Shown: positions 9,519-18,125 of the stretch, in pieces
How positions within the stretch are numbered: the first letter of the stretch is position 1
How the letters are laid out: each line of letters opens with the position of its first letter
From: Candidatus Bathyarchaeota archaeon
Lineage (GTDB): Archaea > Thermoproteota > Bathyarchaeia > Bathyarchaeales > Bathycorpusculaceae
Direction: 5' to 3'
Length of the DNA stretch: 37,712 nt
Assembly: GCA_030589055.1 (NCBI GenBank)
Contig: JAUUWK010000001.1
Location: 1-37,712 of the forward strand
Notes under the pieces: generated by a model
Told to the model about the DNA's origin: nothing
The model's input: the letters and a program-made list of their open reading frames with translations, nothing else
The model's database searches: none
Made by a program: the position numbers and the translations under genes

Positions 9519-9668
9519 CTCGACATTTTGGAAGAGGCCCGTAGAGATCATAGAAAATCGGAAGAGTTGGCTTAGTGCTTTGTCACTAGTTGAGAGCGAG
9601 TTGGAGTCGTACGTGTGAGAAAGATTATTATGTCGTTGCATTGCCATATAGTTATGTGGTGATAAAAT

Positions 9669-9896
9669 TTGGGAAAGTATGCAACAATATCGGTTCCCGC
9701 AGAGATCAAGAAGGTTCTGAAGGAAGCTAAAGGTGAGAATGAGTGGGGAGAGTTTCTCCTGAACTTGTATGCTGAAGTTAAGAGACTGAGGAGTGAGGAG
9801 GCATTTAAGAAGCTGGCGAGAACACTTACCGATGAAGACTTGAGGGTTATAGTCGAATCGAGCAGAGAGTTTAGGGAGAGGTTCGCGTTTAGATGA
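9669..9896 (+). CDS. VapB-like antitoxin
   Basis: A 75-aa protein whose stop overlaps the start of the PIN gene. This is the typical archaeal vapBC layout. Confidence 0.6.
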   Translation: MGKYATISVPAEIKKVLKEAKGENEWGEFLLNLYAEVKRLRSEEAFKKLARTLTDEDLRVIVESSREFRERFAFR

Positions 9897-10252
9897 ACCT
9901 ACTCGACACAGACATAATCATGGAGTTGTTGCACAAGAGAAGACATGAGATGGGAGCTATTTCAATCATAACGCTCATCGAGATCTTAAGAGGGCTAGAA
10001 GATAGGAAAAGGATTGAAGTCAAGAATTTACTCGAAGAAAGCTTCAATGTGCAAAGCCTAGATAACGAAACGATCAAAGCTTACTGCAGCTTATACCGCA
10101 AGCTCAAAAAGGAAGGCACGTTAATACCTGACGCAGACCTACTCATAACCGCAACAGCCATATCCAGAAACATAACGCTGAGAACACATGACGAACACTT
10201 CACAAGACTGACAAAGTTCGGCCTAAGATTGGCGCAAACACCCAAAAAGTAA
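9893..10252 (+). CDS. vapC: PIN-domain toxin VapC
   Basis: 'MNLLDTDIIMELL' supplies the first acidic residue, and 'IPDADLLITATA' and 'TLRTHDEHF' supply further PIN acidic positions. Confidence 0.8.
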   Translation: MNLLDTDIIMELLHKRRHEMGAISIITLIEILRGLEDRKRIEVKNLLEESFNVQSLDNETIKAYCSLYRKLKKEGTLIPDADLLITATAISRNITLRTHDEHFTRLTKFGLRLAQTPKK

Positions 10253-10445
10253 ATGGAAACCCGAATTCGTACCTATCACTTAGCGGAGTAGGTAAACTTC
10301 GAATCTTTAAACCGAAATATAATCTTTATATATAAGCTCACGAAAAAACCAAAAAAGGGTCTTGGAGCTTTTCTATGAAGGACTCAGCAAGGGTAAAACC
10401 AGAAAAACAACCACTTTGGCCTCTTCCTCAGTTGATGAAGCCCTT

Positions 10446-10460
10446 GAAGCACGCGCGCTA
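10446..10460 (+). repeat. (CG)n motif copy S2, GAAGCACGCGCGCTA (weaker copy)
   Basis: It shares TTGAAGC..CGCGCGC with S4/S6 and CGCGCGCTA with S1/S3. It is intergenic, 5 nt from the pmbA stop. Confidence 0.5.
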
Positions 10461-10465
10461 GGGTG

Positions 10466-11839
10466 TTAGTAGGCGGATATCCCTACGAATTTTAGTTTTT
10501 GGATTTTCATTGAGGGGACTGTTGTTGCTTTTATCATTTCAAGTTTTTTGCCGATCAATGGTATGTTGCTTAGGGCTGAGAGCATGCTGTCCGTGAACCG
10601 CATATTCACAATCGGCTTAGATATTTCACCGTTTTCAATCAGGAAGGTTCCGTCTCTCGTCAGCCCCGTTAAAACCATCTTTGCCGGTTCAACAGGGTTC
10701 ACGTAATGAAACGTCGTAACGAATATTCCACGCTTTGTTTCAGCAACCATTTCCTCCAAAGTAGCATCTCTTGGACTCGCAATTAAGTTGAAGGGCATAG
10801 GACGCTCAGAATAAAAATCACTGATAGGAGGCAAAGCATGACCAGTGCTCTTCTTACCTTCCTTACCAGCAGTAAAAGAGTTATAACATATGCTCTCTTC
10901 AGAAACAACTCCGTTGCTTATCAAGTGTGAAGTCCTCTTCGGGACTCCTTCACCATCGATTGGCGTTGCATAAAGCGTCTGCGGATCTCTAGCATCATCT
11001 TTTACGTTAAGTTTGCCGTCGAAAACCTGCTGATTCAGACAATACTTGACAAACGATCGTCCATCCTGATATGAAGTCGCTGAGAACCCAATGTAGCCAA
11101 GATACATTAAAAGTGTCGCAGAAGCCAAAGGCGACAAAACAACCTCGTACTCGCCCGGAGAAAGATTGATTGGATTTATGCTCTTCACAGATTTTTCAGT
11201 GGCATCTCCAGCCAAAACAGCTGGTTCAATGTCTTTAACACGCCTCGAATACTTCTCAGCAGTTCCAAAACCCTCTGAAGCCCCAGACTTGGAAATAACC
11301 GTGGTCTTCATGTTTGTCGAGGATATTCTAGCCGACGCTGAGACACCCAACGAATTCGCCACCGCATAAGCCATCGAGCTACTTGAAAAAAAACCTGCAA
11401 CAGCCTTCACAATCGAAGACTTCGAATGTGCAGTTTCAATAGCCTCTTTAACCTTTTCCGCTCTGTACATAGGCGTACAATTCGCTGTCTCCTCGTCAAA
11501 GGTTCCTTCAATAGGAGCCCAAGATTGCGGTTCCGGCAAGCTCTTAAAGTCCTTGTTTGGCGGTGAAGCCCCTGCAATCTTCACTGCCTGCAATACAGCC
11601 TTTTCAATTTGTTCTTTTTCCAAAGTGTTAACACGTGTTGTGCTGATCTGCTTGTTCAGGATCACCTTGATTAATACTCCACCCTTTTTCGTTGCAACAT
11701 TCTGATGTATCTGGGAATTCGCAAACCTTGTCAACGTCGTGTCAAGCAGAAACCCCGAAGCCTGCGCTTGATCGATATTCTGTCGCATAGCATATTGCAC
11801 AGTTTTCTCCGCTATTCCTAACAATCTTTCTGTAACCAA
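10466..11839 (-). CDS. pmbA: PmbA/TldE-family protein (partner of TldD)
   Basis: Length and overall TldD/PmbA-fold pattern. It lacks the HExxxH motif and lies immediately downstream of tldD. Confidence 0.8.
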   Translation of the reverse strand: MVTERLLGIAEKTVQYAMRQNIDQAQASGFLLDTTLTRFANSQIHQNVATKKGGVLIKVILNKQISTTRVNTLEKEQIEKAVLQAVKIAGASPPNKDFKSLPEPQSWAPIEGTFDEETANCTPMYRAEKVKEAIETAHSKSSIVKAVAGFFSSSSMAYAVANSLGVSASARISSTNMKTTVISKSGASEGFGTAEKYSRRVKDIEPAVLAGDATEKSVKSINPINLSPGEYEVVLSPLASATLLMYLGYIGFSATSYQDGRSFVKYCLNQQVFDGKLNVKDDARDPQTLYATPIDGEGVPKRTSHLISNGVVSEESICYNSFTAGKEGKKSTGHALPPISDFYSERPMPFNLIASPRDATLEEMVAETKRGIFVTTFHYVNPVEPAKMVLTGLTRDGTFLIENGEISKPIVNMRFTDSMLSALSNIPLIGKKLEMIKATTVPSMKIQKLKFVGISAY

Positions 11840-11852
11840 AACTTCTACCTCA

Positions 11853-13298
11853 CTAGATTAATCCAACACACACCTTACGAAACCTTGCAGTTCCGCAGCC
11901 ATGTCCAACATACATCACCTGACTTGGTACACCTTTGCCACAGTTCGGTAAGCCATGCATCATCCAGTCGTCATTGCTCAGAGCATCACATGAACCCCAA
12001 AACTCCGGAGTGACACCCATATAAGTCGGATTCTTAACCAAGTTTTCTTTACTTCCATTCTTTATTCTCCAGCCAATTTCAGTGCCGAATTGAAAGTTTA
12101 CGCGTCTGTCATCGATGCTCCACGAACGATTAGTCAACATCAAAACACCGTCCTTCGTGTCCTCGATAACATCCTCAGCCTTCCAGTCTCCCGGAAGCAA
12201 ATTGATGTTTGTCATGCGAATAAGCGGCAGAGCCAAAGGCGAATCCGCCCTCATCCCACCGCTGCTCTCTCCAAGATTCAACTCAACCGCAGTCTCCCGA
12301 GAACTCTGATAGCCCACAAACAAGCCATCCCTAACCAAATACACCTTTCTCGCTCTTGTACCCTCATCATCATAACCAAACGACCCAAGCCCATGCAAAA
12401 CAGTAGCATCAGCCATCAGGTTCACCTTTTCAGAACCATAACGAAAGTTCCCAAGCTTCTCAGGAGTAAGAAAGCTCGTTCCAGCATAATCCGCTTCTGT
12501 GCCCAACACCCGATCAAGCTCTGTCGGATGCCCACAACTTTCATGAATCTGCAAAGCAAGCTGATCGCCTGTGAGGATTAGATCCATTTCTCGTGAAGGG
12601 CACTTTTCAGCATCGAAAAGCTTCAAAAGCTCCTGCCCAGTCTCCTTCGCATGATCGATCAAGGCTAGAGACTCAAAGAACTCATAACCGCTTGCGGCAT
12701 TGTTGCCTCCAAAAGAAGCTGGATACGACCGTGTCTCCATTTCTCCATTCTTAACAGCTATGGCTGACAATCCTCCGCCACACCACGTTATTTGCTGACT
12801 GATCTTCGCGCCTTCGGTACTCATGAAAAGCTTGTTCTCTCTGAATCCACGATAATAAGCGTAAGCAGCCTTAATCAGCGGAGACTGCTCCTTAAGAATT
12901 CGTCCAGCTTGAACAAGCACACCCAGCTTCTCCTCCACTGGAACCTTAAACGGGTCTTTACGAAAACTGCTAACATACCGATCTTCTCTAGCTTCTTCCG
13001 AGATTAATGCCGCATCTTTCTTCTTCAATAAAGCGCTTGCCCTTGCAATGCTGACGGCTTTCTCAACGGTTTTTATGATTTCTTCCTTGCTTATGTCAAT
13101 TGAACCAGCAAAACCCCACGCCCCATCTACAATTACTCTAACACCGAACCCCTTCGCCTGGAACAGGTTAACAGCTTCTGGTTCACCGTTCTTCACTGTC
13201 AAAACTTCATTGAGAATCTCGCTCACTCTGACATCCGCGTATGAAGCCCTTTTCTTCCCTGCTTCTTCCAAAGCTATTTTCCCAAACTCAGCGAACAA
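11853..13298 (-). CDS. tldD: Metalloprotease TldD
   Basis: The 'IHESCGHPTELD' HExxxH motif, a C-terminal 'CGKG' region, and pairing with pmbA. Confidence 0.9.
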   Translation of the reverse strand: MFAEFGKIALEEAGKKRASYADVRVSEILNEVLTVKNGEPEAVNLFQAKGFGVRVIVDGAWGFAGSIDISKEEIIKTVEKAVSIARASALLKKKDAALISEEAREDRYVSSFRKDPFKVPVEEKLGVLVQAGRILKEQSPLIKAAYAYYRGFRENKLFMSTEGAKISQQITWCGGGLSAIAVKNGEMETRSYPASFGGNNAASGYEFFESLALIDHAKETGQELLKLFDAEKCPSREMDLILTGDQLALQIHESCGHPTELDRVLGTEADYAGTSFLTPEKLGNFRYGSEKVNLMADATVLHGLGSFGYDDEGTRARKVYLVRDGLFVGYQSSRETAVELNLGESSGGMRADSPLALPLIRMTNINLLPGDWKAEDVIEDTKDGVLMLTNRSWSIDDRRVNFQFGTEIGWRIKNGSKENLVKNPTYMGVTPEFWGSCDALSNDDWMMHGLPNCGKGVPSQVMYVGHGCGTARFRKVCVGLI

Positions 13299-13428
13299 TC
13301 TAGCACCTCCTCTACTTGAAACAACTGAAAGATCTTATCTTGCTTTTCACTTTTGCGGTAAAAAGCGTAAGGTTTAAGGGTTAATGTTTCACTTAGGTTT
13401 CGACTGTTCTTAAGATGAGGTTTGTGGT

Positions 13429-13977
13429 TTGAGTGAAGAGAAAAGCTTAGAGGAACTCAAGGCTGATGTTCTGATTAAGCTTAGGAAATACAGGCTGCTT
13501 AAGAAGGAAAAAGTCAAGGATATTATGCACTATTTTATCAAGGTTCCCAAAGAAAAACAGAAAGCCCTGATTTGGTGCATCCCCAAAGAAGGCACAGTTG
13601 GCATAGCGGTAGTTAAAAACTTGGAAAAGGTCATGAAAGAGAAGAACATGGAAAGAGGGATACTTATTACAAGTGGAAAATACACCCATGCGGCACGCGT
13701 GAATGCCAAGAAAATGAACATTGAGCTTCTACCTAAAATCTTTCCATCCTTCGACATATTCAAACATAAGCTTGTTCCAAAACACGAAATGTTAACACAG
13801 AAAGAAAGAGACCAAGTACTTACTCAATACAAGATTCAGCCATACCAACTACCTGAAATCAGAGCTTCAGACCCAGCCGTAAAGGCTATAGGCGCAAACC
13901 CCGGAGATATATTGCGGATAATCAGAAAGAGCCCCACAGCAGGCACACACATAGCTTACCGTTACGTCGTGGAGTAA
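13429..13977 (+). CDS. rpoH: RNA polymerase subunit Rpo5/RpoH in a long, two-domain Rpb5-like form (TTG start uncertain)
   Basis: The C-terminus 'HKLVPKHEMLTQKERDQVLTQYKIQPYQLPEIRASDPAVKAIGANPGDILRIIRKSPTAGTHIAYRYV' is the RpoH/Rpb5 C-domain. About 100 preceding residues align by eye with the eukaryotic Rpb5 N-domain. Confidence 0.85.
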   Translation: MSEEKSLEELKADVLIKLRKYRLLKKEKVKDIMHYFIKVPKEKQKALIWCIPKEGTVGIAVVKNLEKVMKEKNMERGILITSGKYTHAARVNAKKMNIELLPKIFPSFDIFKHKLVPKHEMLTQKERDQVLTQYKIQPYQLPEIRASDPAVKAIGANPGDILRIIRKSPTAGTHIAYRYVVE

Positions 13978-14010
13978 TAGCCTTCTTGTCCTTACAACCG
14001 GTTCAGTAGT

Positions 14011-14253
14011 TCACCTAACTTGTTCCTTCAACTCGTGCAAAATTACTAAGGCTTCGCCTAAAGATATGCCAAGCATTGCAGCCAATTCATCCGGCTTTAT
14101 ATCCGGTTTCTCGTGAAGAATAACTTCTCTTGTATAGGCGTTGTGATGTGGATACATGACTAAGGCGTGAACTGTCTCAACAAGTGTCGGCCAGAGTCTA
14201 TCCTTCGTATAATCCTCAAGACTCATATGCATCACATATAATATGTTAAGCAA
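14011..14253 (-). CDS. Hypothetical small protein with a C-terminal HTH-like segment
   Basis: 'PDELAAMLGISLGEALVILHELKEQ' looks like an HTH. I recognised no family. Confidence 0.35.
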   Translation of the reverse strand: MLNILYVMHMSLEDYTKDRLWPTLVETVHALVMYPHHNAYTREVILHEKPDIKPDELAAMLGISLGEALVILHELKEQVR

Positions 14254-14265
14254 TGGTTATTCAAT

Positions 14266-14816
14266 TTACCGTAAAGCTGGGTGGTCTGTGTGGCGCCTCA
14301 AACCACACTTGCAGTCAATTGGTTGGCCCACTTTGAAACGACAAATAAGCCCCCTCCCCCTAGGTTTTTTTAGGCAGGTTGCCTGGCACGTCTTTCTTGC
14401 GCCACGCGTCGTTGGCTAGTCAAAACTGAAAGGAAGCCTTCCAAGACAATGTGCAACAAAGAGTGTTGATAGACGGGGCAGTTTTTCTAAGTTCTAACAT
14501 AAAAAAAAGGGATGGGTGTCGACGAAGCACATTCTACCTTTTCACATTGTTGAACTCGCCTCTCAAAGCTCTCTTAGCCATAATGCAAACTCCTCCCTTA
14601 TGCTTTTCAGGTAGAAGCCGTTCTTGAGCAAAAATGAAGTATGTCCTCTCCAAGATTTGTAGCGCGCATCTCGTAACAACCCGTCCCCAAAAAACCTAGG
14701 GGGGTAGATCCCACTGGCAAAAATTGCAAGCGACACTTCGCTAACTTGTTTCAGAAAGCAGAAAATAGGGGTTCTTGGAAAGTGAAATCTTGTACTAAAA
14801 TAGTATTACCGTAAAG
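14266..14816. repeat. Non-coding block bracketed by an 11-bp direct repeat and containing a 15-bp perfect inverted repeat. It may be a MITE-like insertion or a structured RNA
   Basis: The direct repeat is TTACCGTAAAG at 14266-14276 and 14806-14816. The inverted repeat is CCCCCTAGGTTTTTT at 14356-14370 and its complement at 14689-14703. All coordinates were read directly from the sequence. There is no convincing ORF. Confidence 0.4.
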
Positions 14817-14860
14817 TATATTTCCATCAGGATGTTTTAGGCTTTAAATTCAGGACACAA

Positions 14861-15553
14861 GTGGAATATGCGATGGAAATTAAAGCAGTAGTCTTTGATC
14901 TTGATGGAACCCTTGCCCGTTTCAACCTGAATTATAAGGCTGTGAGAGTAGAGGTTAGAAGCTTTCTTACAAAGAAGGGCTTTCCAGCCTCGATCCTATC
15001 AACGAATGAAAGCATATTCGAAATGCTGAAAAAAGCTGAAGTATTCTTGAAAAACAACGGCAAATCAGAGAAAGTAATAGAAGAAATCTACGGGAAAGCT
15101 TTGGCAATAGCCGAAAAATACGAGTTAGAAGCTGCAAAAACTACAAGCTTACTTCCGGGTGCGGCTGAGACCCTTAATACGTTAAAGAAGATGGGCTTGA
15201 AAATTGGCTTATTCACAATTAACAGTGAAAAGTCCACAAACTACATCTTGAAACGGTTCAGAATAGCAGACTTTTTCGATGTAGTGATTCCAAGAAACAG
15301 TGTAAAACACGTTAAACCTAGCAGTGAACACCTCGAAGCCGCTTTAAAGGCTTTAGAGGTTAATCCAGATGAGACAATAGTTGTTGGAGATGGGATCAGC
15401 GATATGAGATGCGCCAAAGAACTAAAAGCGATTGCCGTGGGTTTGCCAACGGGAATCTCTTCCCAAAAGAAACTAGCCTATTCGGGAGCAAACTACATAA
15501 TCACGTTAATTACAGACATACCAACGCTAATAGAACAGACCAGCGAAGCTTAG
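14861..15553 (+). CDS. HAD-superfamily hydrolase (phosphoglycolate phosphatase-like)
   Basis: Motif I 'VVFDLDGTL', motif II 'GLFTINS', a conserved Lys in 'VKHVKPS', and motif IV 'VVGDGISDM'. Confidence 0.85.
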   Translation: MEYAMEIKAVVFDLDGTLARFNLNYKAVRVEVRSFLTKKGFPASILSTNESIFEMLKKAEVFLKNNGKSEKVIEEIYGKALAIAEKYELEAAKTTSLLPGAAETLNTLKKMGLKIGLFTINSEKSTNYILKRFRIADFFDVVIPRNSVKHVKPSSEHLEAALKALEVNPDETIVVGDGISDMRCAKELKAIAVGLPTGISSQKKLAYSGANYIITLITDIPTLIEQTSEA

Positions 15554-15555
15554 CA

Positions 15556-16336
15556 TTACACTTCAAGCTCTGAAAGTTTACGTTTTTTGTTGAGAGCAAG
15601 AATCGAAGCTGATGCAGCGATTAAACCTATGGCTAAACCTGAAACCACCCCATCATCAGACCGAAATCCATGCCCGCTACATAATTTTCTTCGTTTGCCT
15701 TTTGAACGTTCACAGTTTTCACAGATAACGGAATGGTTTCAGCCATGTTCCCAGCCTTGTCGTAAGCAACAAGCCTTATTGTGTGTGTTCCATCACCAAC
15801 CTCAGTTGTATTCCATTCATATGAATAAGATGCGGTGACATTAAGTGCCGCGGAGTCTATGTAGAGAAACACATCATCTAGGTTCTAGTCTGAAACATTA
15901 AGTTCTATTACTACTATTCCTGTTAGCTCAGCTCCATTCAGATCCGCGGAATTTATCATGCTAACCTCGGGATCAGTGTTGTCCACAGTTATCGTGACAG
16001 TCTCATCGACGACATTCCCAGCATTGTCAATCACAGTTAGGGTAATCGTGTAGTTTCCATCAATCAGCTCTGTTGTGTCAAGTGTGAACTCTGTTACGTC
16101 AGTTACATTATAAACTACAGCAGCTATTCTCAATGTGGCGTTTTTCAAGTTTGCATCATAATGCCTAAAGGATATACTGCATGGTCCACCTATGATTTGT
16201 CCCTCATCAGGCGCTAGAATTTTAGCTGTAGGGGTCATGTTATCTAAGGTTACAATCGTGGGTAACGTGGCGTTGGTGTTTGCAGCTTCGTCTAGTGCCA
16301 TTAACGTCAGTACGTGTTCTCCATCTGTTATCCCAG
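15556..16336 (-). pseudogene. Remnant of a cell-surface protein with Ig-like repeats
   Basis: The motif 'DG.h.l.L.a.D.AGN' occurs three times ('DGEHVLTLMALDEAAN', 'DGNYTITLTVIDNAGN', 'DGTHTIRLVAYDKAGN'). The fragment has no N-terminus or signal peptide, and the frame opens right at motif S3. There is an in-frame TAG at 15885-15887. The C-terminal anchor 'GVVSGLAIGLIAAASASILALNKKRK' lies in a shifted frame. Confidence 0.75.
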
Positions 16337-16349
16337 TCGCGCGCGCTAC
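16335..16349 (-). repeat. (CG)n motif copy S3, AGTCGCGCGCGCTAC
   Basis: Identical to S1 over 15 nt, and also shares CTATnAAA 3 nt further on. It abuts the truncated 5' end of the surface-protein remnant. Confidence 0.8.
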
Positions 16350-16393
16350 TTCCTATTAAATCTAAGATGTTAAAGTAATTGAAGATTATTCTG

Positions 16394-16795
16394 CTAGGTT
16401 GGTTTGAAGCAGTATCTGGGCCACTGAGGCCATTCTGATTGCACAGCTGATGTGTCAAATCTTAAGGTTAGTTCCATGCCTATCTTGACTTTTCCATGTT
16501 CTACGTCTTTTATCATACCTGGGATTTTTAGGCTGTTTTCAAGTTGGACTATACCTACGGCGTATGGCGCCATTTGTTGGAATCGTGGAGGTGCAACGTG
16601 AATAATTGTGTACGTTAATAGTTTTCCTTTCTTGGGGACTTCAGTCCATTCGAACTCTTCCGAGAAGCAACCGTCGCACAAAGGCCTCGGCGGAAGATGT
16701 ATTTTTCCGCATCTTTTGCATTTTCCACCCATAAGTTTTCCTTCGTTGATGTACTTGTAGAATTGTTCTATTGTGAATGGTGGTTGTTCACTCAT
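16394..16795 (-). CDS. DUF35 OB-fold/Zn-ribbon protein (thiolase partner). The start is taken at 'MSEQ'
   Basis: A Zn ribbon 'CKRCGKIHLPPRPLCDGC' followed by an OB-fold region. Its ATG lies 1 nt after the thiolase stop. Confidence 0.85.
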   Translation of the reverse strand: MSEQPPFTIEQFYKYINEGKLMGGKCKRCGKIHLPPRPLCDGCFSEEFEWTEVPKKGKLLTYTIIHVAPPRFQQMAPYAVGIVQLENSLKIPGMIKDVEHGKVKIGMELTLRFDTSAVQSEWPQWPRYCFKPT

Positions 16796-16796
16796 T

Positions 16797-17969
16797 TCAT
16801 TCCCTCCTGAAAATGTGAACGGTTGCTGTTGCACCGGAACCGCCAACGTTATGGGCTAAACCTATCTTTACGTCTTTCACTTGCCTTTTCTCCGCTTGTC
16901 CAGTTAGTTGCAGATATATTTCGTAGGCTTGTGCTGTTCCTGTTGCGCCTACTGGGTGTCCTTTAGCTTTTAATCCACCGCTTGTATTCACTGGAATCTT
17001 CCCCTCAAGCCTTGTTTCGCCCTCTTCAACGAGTTGTCCACCTTCTCCAGGCTTGCAGAAGCCTAGGTCTTCGTAGGCTATTATTTCAGCTATTGTGAAG
17101 CAATCGTGAACTTCCGCTACATCTACGTCTTCAGGCTTCACCCCAGCCATCTCATAAGTTTGTCTTGCTGCCAGTTTCGCTGCCATTAAGGATGTGAAGC
17201 TTTCGCGTTCATATATTCCTATGCTGTCGCCTGCTTGTCCGCTTCCAATAACTTGGATTGGCATGTCTGTATACTTTTTAGCTATTTCTGGTTTTGTTAT
17301 GACTAAGCAGCTTGCTCCATCAGTAATCAGTGAACAGTCGTAAAGCTTTAAAGGCCAAGCGACAACTCTTGACGACACAACTTTTTCAAGGGTTACTTCC
17401 TTTTGCATGTGAGCTTTCGGGTTTAAAAATCCGTTTTGATGGTTTTTCACGGCAACCATAGCTAGTTGTTCCTCGGTTGTTCCATATCTGTGCATGTGAG
17501 CTGTAGCCATCAAAGCGTACAATCCCGGGAAGGTTATGCCGTGCCACTGCTCGAAGGGGAAATCTGAAGCCATAGCTAAATATTCAGTTACTTCTGCCGT
17601 CCTTCGGTGGGTCATCTTCTCTACCCCGCCGACCATGACAACGTCACAGAAGCCTGACAGCACAGCAAATATTCCAACCCTCAGGGCGGCGCCAGAAGAA
17701 GCGCATGCTGTTTCGATTCTTGTAGCTGGTATATGCAGTAAGCCTGCCCAGTCGGCTACTGTTGCGCCCGTATGTCCTTGATGCTCGTAGGATTCTCCCA
17801 TGTGCCCGACAAATAAGGCTTTTATGTCTTTTTTGGGGTTTAGGTTTGGGCAGCGATCAAAGGCTTCTTTTGCTGCTTCTGCGAAGATTTCTCTAGCGTA
17901 TAGGCCTTCTAATTTTCCGAATTTTGACAGTCCAGCCGACACTATCGAGACGAGCGGTTCGCCCTTCAA
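16797..17969 (-). CDS. Thiolase (archaeal acetyl-CoA C-acetyltransferase / SCP-x type) with intact catalytic residues
   Basis: A nucleophile context 'IETACASSGAAL', 'GGLKAKGHPVGATG' and 'GLAHNVGGSG'. Confidence 0.9.
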   Translation of the reverse strand: MKGEPLVSIVSAGLSKFGKLEGLYAREIFAEAAKEAFDRCPNLNPKKDIKALFVGHMGESYEHQGHTGATVADWAGLLHIPATRIETACASSGAALRVGIFAVLSGFCDVVMVGGVEKMTHRRTAEVTEYLAMASDFPFEQWHGITFPGLYALMATAHMHRYGTTEEQLAMVAVKNHQNGFLNPKAHMQKEVTLEKVVSSRVVAWPLKLYDCSLITDGASCLVITKPEIAKKYTDMPIQVIGSGQAGDSIGIYERESFTSLMAAKLAARQTYEMAGVKPEDVDVAEVHDCFTIAEIIAYEDLGFCKPGEGGQLVEEGETRLEGKIPVNTSGGLKAKGHPVGATGTAQAYEIYLQLTGQAEKRQVKDVKIGLAHNVGGSGATATVHIFRRE

Positions 17970-18125
17970 GTCAAATTCTCCTTCCAGACTGCAATTGTGT
18001 ACAGAGATTCAAATAGGCTTCAAACGAATATTTAAGTTTCATCAATAAAACCTGGAATTTTTCACGAAAGTTTTATGTGAGTAACCTTTTCATACTAAGC
18101 TTCTAAAGTTGAGAGGAAAAGAAAA

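Noticed and set aside
14254-14860. The long non-coding block, considered as RNase P RNA, SRP RNA or a tRNA with an intron.
   Set aside because: I could not find the universal RNase P CR-I (GGAAAGUCC-like) or CR-IV/V elements. I also found no SRP helix-8 GNAR/AGCA motifs and no tRNA T-loop (GGTTCRANTCC) on either strand. It is kept only as an unexplained repeat-bounded element.
15885-15887. The in-frame TAG in the surface-protein frame, considered as a pyrrolysine or read-through codon.
   Set aside because: The same gene also lacks its N-terminus and has a frameshift before the anchor. No pyl genes or methylamine methyltransferases are in the window. A nonsense mutation in a pseudogene is the simpler reading.
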